Source: Bacillota bacterium
GTDB taxonomy: Bacteria; Sysuimicrobiota; Sysuimicrobiia; Sysuimicrobiales; Segetimicrobiaceae
Length of the DNA stretch: 64,000 bases
Assembly: GCA_021324975.1 (NCBI GenBank)
Contig: JAJPIA010000011.1
Coordinates: 15,984 to 79,983 of the forward strand
Direction of reading: 5' to 3'
Below the pieces are notes generated by a model. The model ran no database searches and was not told the origin of the DNA. It was given only the letters and a program-made list of their open reading frames with translations. Within the stretch, counting starts at the first letter, position 1; each line of letters begins with the position of its first letter. A program made the translations under genes and the position numbers. Below, in pieces: positions 18,282 through 29,907 of the stretch.

Positions 18282-19915
18282 GAGGCGGTCGCGGGCCGGC
18301 TGCGGCGATACCATTGGACGAGCGCGTTTGTGGAGCCATCGTGCGCCAGGACCGGATCGGGCGCGGCCAGCTCCGAGATGATCCGCGTGGCGAGCACCTT
18401 GCCCAGCTCCACGCCCCATTGATCGAATGAATCGATCTGCCACACGGCGCCCTGCACGAAGACGCTGTGCTCGTAGAGGGCGACGAGCTTGCCGAGCGTC
18501 TCCGGCGTGAGCTGCTCCGCGAGGAGCACCGTGGACGGCCGGTTGCCCGGACACACCCGGTGCGGGACGAGCGCAGGCGGCGTGCCTTCCCGCGCGACCT
18601 CGTCGGCCGTCCGGCCAAACGCGAGGGCCTCCGCCTGCGCGATGAGGTTGGCCATGAGCAGGTCGCGGTGCGTCTCCAGCGGGTTCAGCGGCCGCGCGAA
18701 GCCGATGAGGTCGCACGGCACCAGCTTGGTCCCCTGGTGGAGCAGCTGGTAGAACGAGTGCTGGCCGTTGGTCCCCGGCTCGCCCCAGTAGATCGCGCCG
18801 GTCCCGTGTGTCACCGCCGTCCCGTCGAGCCGCACCGACTTGCCGTTGCTCTCCATCGTCAGCTGCTGCAGATACGCCGGGAACCGATGGAGGTAGTGAT
18901 CATAGGGGAGCACCGCCGCGGTCTGCGCGCCGAAGAAGTCGCCGTACCACACCGCGAGGAGCCCCATCAGCACCGGGAGATTGCGCTCGAACGGCGCCGT
19001 CCGGAAGTGCTCGTCCATGGCATGAAACCCCGCGAGCATCTCCTGGAAGCGCTCCTGTCCCACGGCGATCATGGTCGAAAGGCCAATCGCGGAATCCATG
19101 GAATAGCGTCCGCCGACCCAATCCCAAAACCCGAACATGTTCTGTGGGTCGATCCCGAACGCGGCCACCTCCCCGGCGTTTGTGGACACGGCCACGAAGT
19201 GCCGGGCGACGGCCCGCTCGTCCCCGAGGCCGGCGACCAACCAGGCCCGCGCGGCCCGGGCGTTCGTGATGGTTTCGAGCGTCGTGAAGGTCTTGGAGGA
19301 CACGATCACGAGCGTCTCCGCGGGGTCGAGATCGCGCGTCGCCTCCGCCAAATCGGTGGGGTCGATGTTCGAGACGAACCGGAACGTCATGTCGCGCCGG
19401 CTGTACCAGCGCAGGGCCTCGTACGCCATCACGGGCCCGAGGTCCGAGCCGCCGATGCCGATGTTGATGACGTTGTGGATGGGCCGGCCGGTATGTCCGC
19501 GCCACGCCCCGCTCCGCACCCGCTCCGCAAAGTCCGCCATCCGGTCGAGCACGGCGTGCACGTCGAGGACGACGTTCCGGCCGTCGAGGAGGATCGACGC
19601 GCCGCGGGGCGCGCGAAGCGCCACATGGAGCACGGCGCGCTGCTCGGTCGTGTTGATCTTGTCGCCGCGAAACATGGCCTCGATGCGCTCCCGCACGCCG
19701 GACGCCTCGGCGAGCGCGCGCAGCAGGCGCAGGGTCTCGTCCGTGATCCGGTGCTTGGAGTAGTCCAGGCGGAGGCCCGCGGCCTCGGCGACCATGCGCT
19801 CGCCCCGCGCGGGATCCGCCGCGAAGAGGTCGCGGAGGTGCCGGGGCGCGATCAACGCGTGGTGGGCGGCGAGCGCGTCCCAGGCCTGCTTCGTGGCGTC
19901 ACGGGTCGTCGGCAT
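18278..19915 (-). CDS. pgi: Glucose-6-phosphate isomerase
   Basis: [55 protein letters not shown]. Confidence 0.98.
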   Translation of the reverse strand: MPTTRDATKQAWDALAAHHALIAPRHLRDLFAADPARGERMVAEAAGLRLDYSKHRITDETLRLLRALAEASGVRERIEAMFRGDKINTTEQRAVLHVALRAPRGASILLDGRNVVLDVHAVLDRMADFAERVRSGAWRGHTGRPIHNVINIGIGGSDLGPVMAYEALRWYSRRDMTFRFVSNIDPTDLAEATRDLDPAETLVIVSSKTFTTLETITNARAARAWLVAGLGDERAVARHFVAVSTNAGEVAAFGIDPQNMFGFWDWVGGRYSMDSAIGLSTMIAVGQERFQEMLAGFHAMDEHFRTAPFERNLPVLMGLLAVWYGDFFGAQTAAVLPYDHYLHRFPAYLQQLTMESNGKSVRLDGTAVTHGTGAIYWGEPGTNGQHSFYQLLHQGTKLVPCDLIGFARPLNPLETHRDLLMANLIAQAEALAFGRTADEVAREGTPPALVPHRVCPGNRPSTVLLAEQLTPETLGKLVALYEHSVFVQGAVWQIDSFDQWGVELGKVLATRIISELAAPDPVLAHDGSTNALVQWYRRSRPATAS

Positions 19916-19936
19916 GAGAACGCCTCCTCGCCGCGG

Positions 19937-20887
19937 CTATGCCGGCGACGCGCCGAAGACGGCGAGCGGCAACAGCGCGCTTACGATGTACTGGCCCGCG
20001 TCGACGATCTCCGAGATCTTGAGATCCACGCACAGGCTCGCCAGGAGATAGGCGTCTTCGCGCGACAGGCGGTACGTGTCGCTCACGTGCGCCACCATCG
20101 CCCGCACGGCTTCCTGGGCCGCCTTGTAGAGGTCGGGGCCTACGCCGGTCGTTCCATACCAGCCGCCGTGGTTCACGCGCGGCGCGAGCGGGCCGGGCGT
20201 CACAAACTGGGGCGCGGGGAGCCGGCGGCCCTTTTGCACGGTGAGCCGCAGCGCCGCGTACATCGGCGCCTCGATGCCGGTCACGCAGACCTCGCCGTCG
20301 CCCTGCGCGGCGTGGGCGTCCCCGCAACTGAAGAGCGCCCCGGGGACCTGCACCGGCAGATACAGCGTCGCGCCCCGCACGAGCTGCCGGGTGTCCATGT
20401 TGCCGCCGAACACGCCGGGCGGCATCACCGGCTGCCGCGAGGCGCCGGCCGGGCACACGCCCATCGTGCCGAAGAACGGCTCGATGGGAACCGCGACGTC
20501 CTCCCGAAATCGCGCGACGTGGCCGCCCGAGAGATCGAAGATCCGCAGATACGGCGTCTTGAAGTCCTCCGGCAGCAGGCCCAAGCTCTCCAGGATGGCC
20601 GCCCACCCCCAACCTTCCGTGTGGATGTCGAGGATCTCGACGGCGAGCGTATCGCCCGGGCCCGCTCCGTTGACGAGGATCGGTCCGGCCAGCGGGTAGA
20701 CGCGCTCCCAATCGAGGCCGGCGAGATCCGCGGTGGTCGAGGACGGGGTCACCTGGTTGTCGCTCACATCGCGGGTCCGCACGACAACGGTGTCACCGCC
20801 GTCCACGGCAACGGCCGGCCGGTGTCGAACGTCCCACGTGAAATGCACCGCGTCGTGCGGCACGTAATGCGTCCGCGCCATCGCCAC
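19937..20887 (-). CDS. Acetamidase/formamidase family protein
   Basis: GPI.V.GA.PGD.L, PFFGTMGV, GGNMD, GDAHAAQGDGEV. Confidence 0.92.
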   Translation of the reverse strand: MAMARTHYVPHDAVHFTWDVRHRPAVAVDGGDTVVVRTRDVSDNQVTPSSTTADLAGLDWERVYPLAGPILVNGAGPGDTLAVEILDIHTEGWGWAAILESLGLLPEDFKTPYLRIFDLSGGHVARFREDVAVPIEPFFGTMGVCPAGASRQPVMPPGVFGGNMDTRQLVRGATLYLPVQVPGALFSCGDAHAAQGDGEVCVTGIEAPMYAALRLTVQKGRRLPAPQFVTPGPLAPRVNHGGWYGTTGVGPDLYKAAQEAVRAMVAHVSDTYRLSREDAYLLASLCVDLKISEIVDAGQYIVSALLPLAVFGASPA

Positions 20888-20956
20888 CCCTCCCCGCTCA
20901 TGATCGCCCCGGCCCGGTCAACGTTCCCCGCGGTCCCGCGGGGTCCTCCAGGACGC

Positions 20957-21541
20957 CTATCGCGGCTCGCGGCGGCCCACGCCGCGGCCACCGGCCACCC
21001 GCGGCGAGTCATGAGGCCGCCCGGGAACGAGGCCGAGGTTGCCGCAGTGGCGCTGCGAGGCGAGCACCTTGATGCCGACGACGCGGTCGCGGTGGCGCTC
21101 CGCGGCCGCGATCGTGCGGGCTTGGTCAAAGGCCTGCCAATCTCCGTGAACGGGCGCGGTCCGGGTCGCGGACACGTTGAGAAAGCCGAGCACGCGCGTC
21201 CTCGCGCTCCGCGCCACGTCCAGCAACTCGTCGAGGCGATCCACGCCGACGGAACCCGTATCCACAACCGTCGTCACGCCCGCGTCGATCCCGGCGTCCC
21301 GATCGGGGTGCACGGCGCCGACGCCGGGCCCTTCGACGCAGTGCACATGCAGGTCGATCCAGCCCGGCGAGGCGACGAGCCCGCCGCCGTCGATGACGCG
21401 CGCCGCGCGCGGGACCGGCATGTCGCCCACGCCCGCGATGCGGCCGCCGGCGACCGCGACGTCCGCCACCGCATCCAGCGCCTGCGCGGGGTCGATGACC
21501 CGCGCGCCCCGGACGAGAAGATCGCAGCGGTCCGCGGTCAC
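20957..21541 (-). pseudogene. Dihydroorotase-like amidohydrolase/deacetylase, C-terminally truncated
   Basis: PGWIDLHVH, GVTTVVDTGS and GIKV present; the sequence degrades after about residue 170 and the ORF is 194 aa, roughly half a TIM-barrel amidohydrolase. Confidence 0.75.
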
Positions 21542-23025
21542 ACGGCCCTCCGGTAGACCTCGGGTACCGGCTCGAAGGCCACCGCCTCGTCCAGCGGAAA
21601 CATCGGCCGGCGGCACACGCGGTGCCCGAGGGATCGCAGGTCCGCGCTCGTGGATCCCGGCGCGTCGATGTTGAAGTTTTTTTGCGCCCATGCGTCAAAC
21701 ATGTGGTGTTCGCAATACGGCGACTTCACGATCGTCAGATGATAGTCCCGCGGGTTCCGGCCGTGCGCCAGGAACATCGCCCGGTCGAAGAGGCTGACCG
21801 GGCGGCTCATCGCCAGGATCGTAAAGCAGCCGGTCCTGAGCACGGCGGTAGGGCCCGCGTCGAGCGCGCCCCGGCTCGTCTCCAGCACGGCGCGGCCGCG
21901 CGACAGCATGTCCACCTCGACGGTCATCTCCAGCGGCGCAAAGCGCGGGTCGCGCGCGCCGCCGAGCCGCACCGTGATCGTCGCGCCCACCCCCGCCCGA
22001 ACGGCGGCAGCCGCCGCGGGCGGATCCACGATCGGCGCCAGGACGGGCTTGTCGTAGCCGACGCGCAGCAGCCCGTGGAGAATGACGTTGCTGTCGCCGG
22101 TGGCCCCGGATGAGGTCGCATCCGCGGCGTCCGTGAAAATCACGGGGCCGGCCATGTCGCGGGCCTGCGCGATCGCCCGGTCGAGAGGGATGAGCTTCGC
22201 CTGCATGCGAAAGCGCTCGGCCCAAAACTCGCGCGCCAGGCGGACGGCATGCGCGGCGGCCGCCTCGCCATCCTCGGCCACGACGACCGTCTGGCTGCAC
22301 AGCTCCGGCACGTCCGTGAACGGGTTGCCGATCAGGACGGCGGCCGCGAGCGCCCTACCTTCCCGCTCGAGGCGTTGCGCCTCGCGGACCACGTCGCCGT
22401 AGCAGCCCGACTTGGTGATGAGCTCGTCCCCGCGGACGAGCGCGGGGATCACGACCCGCGCCATCGCCGGCGGCCGCCGCCGGCCGAGGACCCAGAGCAA
22501 CAGGCGCGCCGCGCGCGCGCCGGTGTCCGCGAAGTCGACATGCGGGTACGTATGATACGCGGCCATGCCGTCGATGGCGCGGAGCATGCGCGCGGTGAGG
22601 ATGCCGTGCAGGTCCAGCGAGATGACGATCGGGACACCGTCACCGACGAGGCGGCAGGTCTCCTCGAGCAGGGCGCCCTCCGGGTCCAACTCGCCGTCCG
22701 CGCCCATCGCGCCGTGGAGCGAAAAGTACACGCCGTCCACGCGGCGCGCGTGCTCGCCAACGGCGTCCAGCACCTCGCCGGACAACCGCCGCCAGCCGGC
22801 TCGGGAGAGCATGCCCGCGCTCGTGGCCCGGGCGCTGTACGCCGGAATTACCTCAACGTCCCCGCGCGCCCCCAGGACCGCGACGGCGCCGGCGACCGCC
22901 GAGTTGCGGCCGCGCCGGTCGACGACCGCGTCCCCGCGGCGCACGGTGAAGTCGGCGTACTCCGTCGGCACCGGGTTGAACGACGAGATCTCCTGAGCGC
23001 ACTCCACCACGAGCACCCTCGGCAC
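21538..23025 (-). CDS. MlrC-like M81 family metallopeptidase
   Basis: QEISSFNP, LHGAM, DLHG, YPHVD, D..D...SGA.GD, VKS. Confidence 0.9.
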   Translation of the reverse strand: MPRVLVVECAQEISSFNPVPTEYADFTVRRGDAVVDRRGRNSAVAGAVAVLGARGDVEVIPAYSARATSAGMLSRAGWRRLSGEVLDAVGEHARRVDGVYFSLHGAMGADGELDPEGALLEETCRLVGDGVPIVISLDLHGILTARMLRAIDGMAAYHTYPHVDFADTGARAARLLLWVLGRRRPPAMARVVIPALVRGDELITKSGCYGDVVREAQRLEREGRALAAAVLIGNPFTDVPELCSQTVVVAEDGEAAAAHAVRLAREFWAERFRMQAKLIPLDRAIAQARDMAGPVIFTDAADATSSGATGDSNVILHGLLRVGYDKPVLAPIVDPPAAAAAVRAGVGATITVRLGGARDPRFAPLEMTVEVDMLSRGRAVLETSRGALDAGPTAVLRTGCFTILAMSRPVSLFDRAMFLAHGRNPRDYHLTIVKSPYCEHHMFDAWAQKNFNIDAPGSTSADLRSLGHRVCRRPMFPLDEAVAFEPVPEVYRRAV

Positions 23026-23168
23026 CCACGCACCCCCATGCGCACGCGGTTTCGGTGCGTTGAGAGTTCTCGGCGGGCGCGGCGCCGTCCCGCCGGCCTG
23101 CTACAATGCCGGTGATGGCCCGCCGCGCGGCGGCAGGGGATCCGGACCGAGAGAGAGGTGAGGGATCG

Positions 23169-23591
23169 ATGGCTTCGACCTCGAGCCCGCTGTTCCAGCG
23201 GATCGACCACATCGGCGTGATCGTGGGAGACCTCGATGAAGCCAGACGCTGGCTCGGCGAGGTGTTTGGGCTGCCGCTCGACCGGGCCGTGGATCTCACG
23301 GAAGGACAGATCCACGGGGAATTCTTCGGGTGCGGGGGCGTGGACATCGAGGTCATCTCGATCGGCGACCCGGCGATGCGGCAGCGACGCCTCGGCAACG
23401 CCCGCGCGCGGATCGAGCACATCGCGGTCGAGGTCAAGGATCTCGGCGCCGCGCTCCGCCGCCTCGAGGCCGTGGGCGCCAAGACCACGACGCCGGAGCC
23501 GAGGCGCATCGGGAACAATCTCGTCGCGTGGACCGCTGAAGAGACCACCGGCGGGATCTCCTATCAGCTCATCGAGCGGGGCGGCGCGTAG
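23169..23591 (+). CDS. VOC family protein (methylmalonyl-CoA epimerase-like)
   Basis: IDHIGVIV.DL, IEVI, IEHIAVEV.D, QLIE. Confidence 0.85.
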   Translation: MASTSSPLFQRIDHIGVIVGDLDEARRWLGEVFGLPLDRAVDLTEGQIHGEFFGCGGVDIEVISIGDPAMRQRRLGNARARIEHIAVEVKDLGAALRRLEAVGAKTTTPEPRRIGNNLVAWTAEETTGGISYQLIERGGA

Positions 23592-23667
23592 CCTCCGGCG
23601 CACCGGTAGGGAGCCGTCGGGGGAGGAGCGAATACTGGCCCCACATCCACCGGAGGCCGCCTGAGCC

Positions 23668-24636
23668 GTGACGTTTCTCTGGCCGGCGTTTCTGTGGGGA
23701 CTCGTCGTCCTGCCGCTCGCGCTCCTCGGCGCCACCGCCGTGGCGCGGCGCCGGCGGCGGCCGTCGCTTGTGTTCTCCCGGCTCGACGCGGTCGCGGACG
23801 CGGCCCGCGGGATGCGCAGGGCGCGCCGGTATGCGGCGACGGCCGTGTTCTTGGTTGCGCTGATGGTCGTGCCCGTGGCGCTCGCGCGGCCCACCATCCC
23901 CCTCCTTGTTCCCGCCGACCGGGCGGCCGTGATGCTGGCGATCGACATCAGCGGGAGCATGATGTCGGAGGACGTCAAGCCGTCCCGGCTGCGCGCGGCC
24001 CAGGAGGCCGCCAAGACGTTCGTGCTCGGGCTGCCCGGTCACGTGCGGGTCGGCCTCGTGGTGTTCGCGGGCTACGCCACGCTGCTCTCCCCGCCGACGA
24101 CCGACCACGCCCAGCTCGCGCACACGATCGACGGCATCAGCGTGCAGCATCGCACCGCGATCGGCGATGGGTTGCTCGAGGCCGTGGCCGCGCTGCCCGG
24201 CCGGGTACGGCCGGCGCCCGACGGCTCGTTGCCCCCGCTGCCCCGTAATCTCCCGCCCGGATTCGTCGTCTTGCTCTCCGACGGCCAGAACAACAGCGGG
24301 ACCGATCCCATGCAGGCCGCCGATGTGGCGCGGCGCGAATCGGTGACGGTGTACACGGTCGGTATCGGCAGCGAGTCGGTCGGCGACACCGGGGCGTTCA
24401 TGATCGGCGGCGCGCTCGACGAGGCAACGCTGCGCGACATGGCGCGCCATACCGGCGGCCTCTACTACCATCCGCAAAACGGCCGCGACCTGGCCGATAT
24501 CTACCACAGGCTGGCGCGCGCGATCGGCTGGCAGCAGCGGCCCACGGAAGTGACCGGCGGGGTCGCGGCCGGCATCGCCGGGCTGCTCGTCGCGGCGCTC
24601 ATCGTCGCGGTGTTGACCAGGCCCATTCTCGGCTGA
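23668..24636 (+). CDS. vWA domain membrane protein (BatA-like)
   Basis: N-terminal TM, LARP, MIDAS DISGSM, TAIGDG, LLSDG, C-terminal TM. Confidence 0.88.
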   Translation: MTFLWPAFLWGLVVLPLALLGATAVARRRRRPSLVFSRLDAVADAARGMRRARRYAATAVFLVALMVVPVALARPTIPLLVPADRAAVMLAIDISGSMMSEDVKPSRLRAAQEAAKTFVLGLPGHVRVGLVVFAGYATLLSPPTTDHAQLAHTIDGISVQHRTAIGDGLLEAVAALPGRVRPAPDGSLPPLPRNLPPGFVVLLSDGQNNSGTDPMQAADVARRESVTVYTVGIGSESVGDTGAFMIGGALDEATLRDMARHTGGLYYHPQNGRDLADIYHRLARAIGWQQRPTEVTGGVAAGIAGLLVAALIVAVLTRPILG

Positions 24637-24755
24637 CGCCGGCGCGCCCGTCCCCCGCTCGTCGCGGCGGCGCAGGAGCATCCCCCGCGCCCCCGAATGG
24701 TTGCGGGACGCGCGCCCACGGCCGCGACCCGCCGTGCGCACGGCGGGTCCACCCT

Positions 24756-25726
24756 ATGGCATCGATCTGCATCCTCATCTCGGCGTTCCTCTACGGGATC
24801 TCGCCGATTCTGGCGAAGATCGCCTACGCGTCCGGCGTCACGCCACTCACGCTCCTCTCGGTGCGCGCCACGGCCGGCGCGGCCTTGACGTGGTGCGGCC
24901 TTCTCGTCACCCGCGGCGCCGGGCCGCCGGCCGCCGGTCTCCTGCTCCCGCTCGCCGTTCTCGGCGTGACGGTGGTGCCGCTGCAGGTCTTCGGCTACTT
25001 CTACGCGCTCACGATCCTGCCCGCATCCTCGGCGTCCGTCATCGTCAACACGACGCCCGTGCACGTGGCCTGGATGAGCCGCTTGCTCCTCGGTGAAGCG
25101 CTGCGGCCGTTCGACGTGGGGATCCTGGCCGTCATTGTGTCGGGGGCGACGCTCGTGGCAGGACAGACGCCGCAGGCCGGCCATGTTGCCGGGATGGCCG
25201 CGCTCGGCGTCTCAACGCTGGGGTCTGCGTTCTACCTCGTCGCCCAGCGCCGGGTCGTCCGCGACGCCCACCCGCTCGGCGTGCTGGCCATCATCCTCCC
25301 CTGCTCGGCCGCGGTCTACTGGACGGCCGGGCTGCTCGCGGGTCAGCTCGACCTGGCGATCGGTCCACCGGCCTCCTGGCGGTCGGCGGCACCACCGTCG
25401 CCGCGGCGGTCGCCTCCGTGCTCGTGCTCACGGCGCTGCGCCACCTCCCCGCAACCCGTGCGGCCATGCTGGGCATGCTGGAACCGGTAGTCGCGGTCCT
25501 GAGCAGCGTCCTCCTGTTGGGCGACGCGATGACGTGGCTGCGCGCCGTCGGGATCGGAATCGTGCTCGCGGGGATCACGGCACTCCAGCTCAGAGGCGCG
25601 CCCGATGCGGCGCCCGCTCCCCAGCCGGCGTCCCGAGCGCGCGAGGCCCGTGGGACGACGAACCGCGACCGGTTCCTTGGAGCTCTTAGCGCCGCTCGAG
25701 CGCGAGGCGCGCGCCGAAGCCGATGA
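24756..25726 (+). pseudogene. DMT/EamA family transporter with 1-nt frameshift near 25370
   Basis: The first EamA repeat is in ORF 24756..25490; the second continues in a shifted frame (GLLAVGG...MLEPVVAVLSS.LLLGD). Confidence 0.8.
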
Positions 25727-26315
25727 AGACGCAGCCCGTGAGGCGCCGCCCGACGGTCCACGCGGCCGGGTAGCGCAGGAGCAGGCTGCGGACGCGCGCG
25801 GATGATGTGACGATGAGGGCGAGCGACGCCGCCGCGAACACCGCGAAGATCGCGCCGAGCACGAGCAACTGCACGGCCGCATGGCCCGCATGGATGTCGA
25901 CGAACTGCGGCAGCACGGACACATAAAACATCGCCGTCTTGGGGTTGAGGAGCTCCGTCGCGATCCCGCCGACGTAGTGGCGGTGCGGCGAGAGGCGTGC
26001 ATGCCCGGCGCCCTCGTGCGCCGGACCACCGCCCGCGAGCATCGCACGGACGCCCAGGTACCCGAGGTACAGCGCACCCGCGATCCGGACGGCTTCGTAG
26101 GCGGCCGACGAGGTCGCGAGCACCGCGGTGAGCCCGAGCGCAGCGGTGAGCTGCAACACACACGTGCCGGAGAGCAGGCCGGCCGCAGCCGCGGCGCCGG
26201 CGCGCCGTCCAAACGCGAGCGACCGGTTCAATGTATAAAGGATGGCCGGCCCCGGCGTCAGCACCATGACCAGCACAGCGGGTACGTACAGCGCCAGCGT
26301 TCCAAGCGACGGCAT
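25686..26315 (-). CDS. LysE/RhtB family translocator
   Basis: TPGP, GALYLGYLG, LLNPK. Confidence 0.9.
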   Translation of the reverse strand: MPSLGTLALYVPAVLVMVLTPGPAILYTLNRSLAFGRRAGAAAAAGLLSGTCVLQLTAALGLTAVLATSSAAYEAVRIAGALYLGYLGVRAMLAGGGPAHEGAGHARLSPHRHYVGGIATELLNPKTAMFYVSVLPQFVDIHAGHAAVQLLVLGAIFAVFAAASLALIVTSSARVRSLLLRYPAAWTVGRRLTGCVFIGFGARLALERR

Positions 26316-26343
26316 CGGCGTCTCCCGTCCGGTACGGGCCCGA

Positions 26344-27078
<735 letters not shown>

Positions 27079-27249
27079 CTACGCCGTGGTGCGTCGAGAA
27101 TTCCTGCCTCGGCGCCGCGCGGGGCGCGGGCCTCGATCCGCTCGCGCAGCCGCGACAGGACTCCTCGAACGGCGTCACGAAGCGTGCGCCAACCATCTCA
27201 GCCAATCGGCGGGGTCGTCGCAGCGCGGGCTCCGCAAAGGAGGAACGGG

Positions 27250-28884
27250 ATGACGCAGGGTGGATCCTGGCAGCGGTTCTCGCGGCGAGGGTTTCTCCGA
27301 CGGCTCGGTCTGGGAGCAGCCGCGCTCGGCGCAGGCGCAACAGGCTTGGAAAGTCTTTCCGCGGGGCGCGCAGCGGCCGCCGGCGCCGGCGCCGACACGC
27401 TCGTCGTAGGGCAGGACACATCGGTCCAGACCCTGGATCCGCAGATCGTCTACGACAATACGGTCCGCATCACCCGTGGGATCTATGAAGGCCTCGTCGG
27501 CCTCCGCGGCGGCACGGCCCAAGTCATTCCGCGGCTCGCGACATCGTGGCAGAGCAGCCCCGACGCCAAGACGTGGACCTTCAAGCTCCGCTCGGGCGTG
27601 AAGTTCCACGACGGCACCCCGTTCGGATCCGACGCGGTCAAGGCCACGGTGGAGCGGCTGATCACGATCAACCGCGGGATGGGCTACGCGTACAAAGGCA
27701 CGGTGGACACGATCGACGCGCCCGACCCGCTCACTGTCCGGTTCAACCTCTCCCACCCGGACGCCGCGTTTGCGGCCAAGCTCGCGGCCGTCTCCGGCGC
27801 GCTGATGGTGAGCCCGGCCGCGGTGAAGGCGCATGCGTCGGGCACCGACCTCGCGCAGGGCTGGCTGGCCAGCCACGAGGCCGGGACCGGGCCGTACATG
27901 CTCGAGAGCTACGACAAGGGCGCGGGCCAGGTCGTGCTGACACAGTTCCCCGGGTACTGGGGCGGCTGGGGCGGCCGGCACGTGAAGCGGATCATCTTCA
28001 AGATTACGCCCGAGGCGTCGACGCAGCGCCTGATGCTCGAGCAACAAGACGCCGACGTCCTGACGCTGGTGGCTCCCGACATCATCGACGCCCTGGCGAA
28101 GGAGTCCGGGATCAAGGTCCTGTCGTTCCCCACCATGCGCATCTTCTACATCGCGATGCATTGCCAGCGGGAACCGCTCAAGGACGTCAAGATCCGGCAG
28201 GCGCTGTCGTACGCGTTCGACTACGAGAGCGCCCGCAGCCTGATCTTCAACGGGAACCTCGAGGCGCTGTACGGGCCGCTGCCGAACGCCGACCCGGCGC
28301 ATCTCTCCCCCGCCGACAAACCCTATAAGTTCGACATGGCGAAGGCCAAGCAACTGCTCGGGGAGTCGAGCCATCCGAACGGCGGGTTCACGTTGAGCCT
28401 GTTCCTGTTCCAGGGGGACCAGACGTTCCGCAAGGCGGCCGAGATTCTCCAAAATCAATTGAAGCAGCTCAATATCAGCCTCAACATTCAGGAAATGTCG
28501 TCCTCCGTGCTCCTGGACAAGGCCGGCAAGCCGGACACCGCGCCGGACCTGCTGCCCGTGCGCAACTATCCCGACTACGCCGACCCCTCGGCGATGCTCG
28601 ACGCGACCTTCGGCAAAGACGCGTGGGGCTCGGCCGGATGGAACTTCAGCTTCTACGCGAACGACAAGGTCGAAGCGTACATGAAGGAAGCGAACCAGAT
28701 CACGAATCAGGCCCGGCGGATGCAGCTGTTCAAGAACGCCCAGAAGATCGTCGTGGACGAGGCGGCCGCGATCTTCATCGGCACCCTGATCAACCGCGTG
28801 CCGATGCGGGCCGACGTCCAAGGGTACAGCTACAATCCGGCGCTGGGCAACACGTTCGACCTGTACGCCATCTCAAAGAGCTAA
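27250..28884 (+). CDS. Tat-exported peptide ABC transporter substrate-binding protein
   Basis: SRRGFL twin-arginine signal; family 5 signature; RBS AAGGAGG. Confidence 0.92.
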   Translation: MTQGGSWQRFSRRGFLRRLGLGAAALGAGATGLESLSAGRAAAAGAGADTLVVGQDTSVQTLDPQIVYDNTVRITRGIYEGLVGLRGGTAQVIPRLATSWQSSPDAKTWTFKLRSGVKFHDGTPFGSDAVKATVERLITINRGMGYAYKGTVDTIDAPDPLTVRFNLSHPDAAFAAKLAAVSGALMVSPAAVKAHASGTDLAQGWLASHEAGTGPYMLESYDKGAGQVVLTQFPGYWGGWGGRHVKRIIFKITPEASTQRLMLEQQDADVLTLVAPDIIDALAKESGIKVLSFPTMRIFYIAMHCQREPLKDVKIRQALSYAFDYESARSLIFNGNLEALYGPLPNADPAHLSPADKPYKFDMAKAKQLLGESSHPNGGFTLSLFLFQGDQTFRKAAEILQNQLKQLNISLNIQEMSSSVLLDKAGKPDTAPDLLPVRNYPDYADPSAMLDATFGKDAWGSAGWNFSFYANDKVEAYMKEANQITNQARRMQLFKNAQKIVVDEAAAIFIGTLINRVPMRADVQGYSYNPALGNTFDLYAISKS

Positions 28885-28902
28885 GGCCGCGCCCCGGGCG
28901 GC

Positions 28903-29907
28903 GTGACCCGGTACGTCCTGCGACGGCTCGCCCTGCTCCCGCCGCTCCTGGTCGGGGTGAGTCTCCTGCTGTTCGTGCTCACGCACCTCGTGCCGGCGGA
29001 CCCCGCCAAGCTGATCGCGGGCGAGCATGCCGGCCCGGAGCAGATCGAGGCCGTGCGCCACGCGTTCGGCCTCGATCGGCCGCTGCCGGAGCAGTATCTC
29101 GTCTTTTTGGAGAAGCTGGGCCGCGGCGACCTCGGCGTCTCGATGCTCACCAACAGCCCGGTGACAGCGGATCTCGAGCAGTACTTCCCGGCCACGATCG
29201 AGCTGGCGGCCTCTGCGATGCTCCTGACGATCGTGCTGGGCATCCCGATCGGCGTGGTGTCCGCCGTCCGGCGCGGCGGCACGGTCGACCTGGCCGCCCA
29301 GCTGTTGAGCCTGAGCGGTCTGCCGTTCCCGATCTTCTTCTTCGGCATCCTGCTGCAGCTCGTCTTCGTCCGCTGGCTCGGCTGGTTTCCCCTCTCGGGC
29401 CGGCTCGCGGTGACCGCAGCGGCCCCGCCGCACATCACGGGGCTGTACGTGGTGGACAGCCTGCTCACCGGGCGACTCGGGGACCTCCAGAGCTCGCTGA
29501 TGCACCTCGCCCTCCCCAGCCTCACCCTGGCGCTGTCCTCGCTGGCTCCGACCGTGCGCATGACGCGCTCCACGATGCTCGAGTCCCTGTCGCAGGACTA
29601 CATGCGGACCGCGTGGGCCAAAGGCTTGGCCTCCGTGCGCGTGCTCCTGCACCACGCGCTGCGCAACGCGCTGATCCCGGTCATCACCGTGCTCGGCCTG
29701 TACACGGGCGGATTGCTCGGCGGCGTGTTTCTCGTGGAGCTGATCTTCACCTGGCCCGGCGTGGGTCTCTACAGCGTCAACGCCATCACGGCGCTCGACT
29801 ACCCCGCGATCATGGGGACGTCGCTGTTGCTGACGGTCGTGTTCGTCCTGGTCAACCTGGGCGTGGATCTCCTGTATGCTGTCGTCGACCCTCGCATCCG
29901 CTACTAG
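28903..29907 (+). CDS. Peptide ABC transporter permease (DppB-like)
   Basis: PADPA, GLDRPL, DYMRTAWAKGL, DPRIRY. Confidence 0.92.
   Translation: MTRYVLRRLALLPPLLVGVSLLLFVLTHLVPADPAKLIAGEHAGPEQIEAVRHAFGLDRPLPEQYLVFLEKLGRGDLGVSMLTNSPVTADLEQYFPATIELAASAMLLTIVLGIPIGVVSAVRRGGTVDLAAQLLSLSGLPFPIFFFGILLQLVFVRWLGWFPLSGRLAVTAAAPPHITGLYVVDSLLTGRLGDLQSSLMHLALPSLTLALSSLAPTVRMTRSTMLESLSQDYMRTAWAKGLASVRVLLHHALRNALIPVITVLGLYTGGLLGGVFLVELIFTWPGVGLYSVNAITALDYPAIMGTSLLLTVVFVLVNLGVDLLYAVVDPRIRY

Noticed and set aside
18467..21556. 1029-aa plus-strand ORF and similar long ORFs (32176..34830, 32904..35681, 11288..13162, 35765..37726)
   Set aside because: Antisense or off-frame shadows of well-supported genes in high-GC DNA; Arg/Gly/Pro-rich with no motifs
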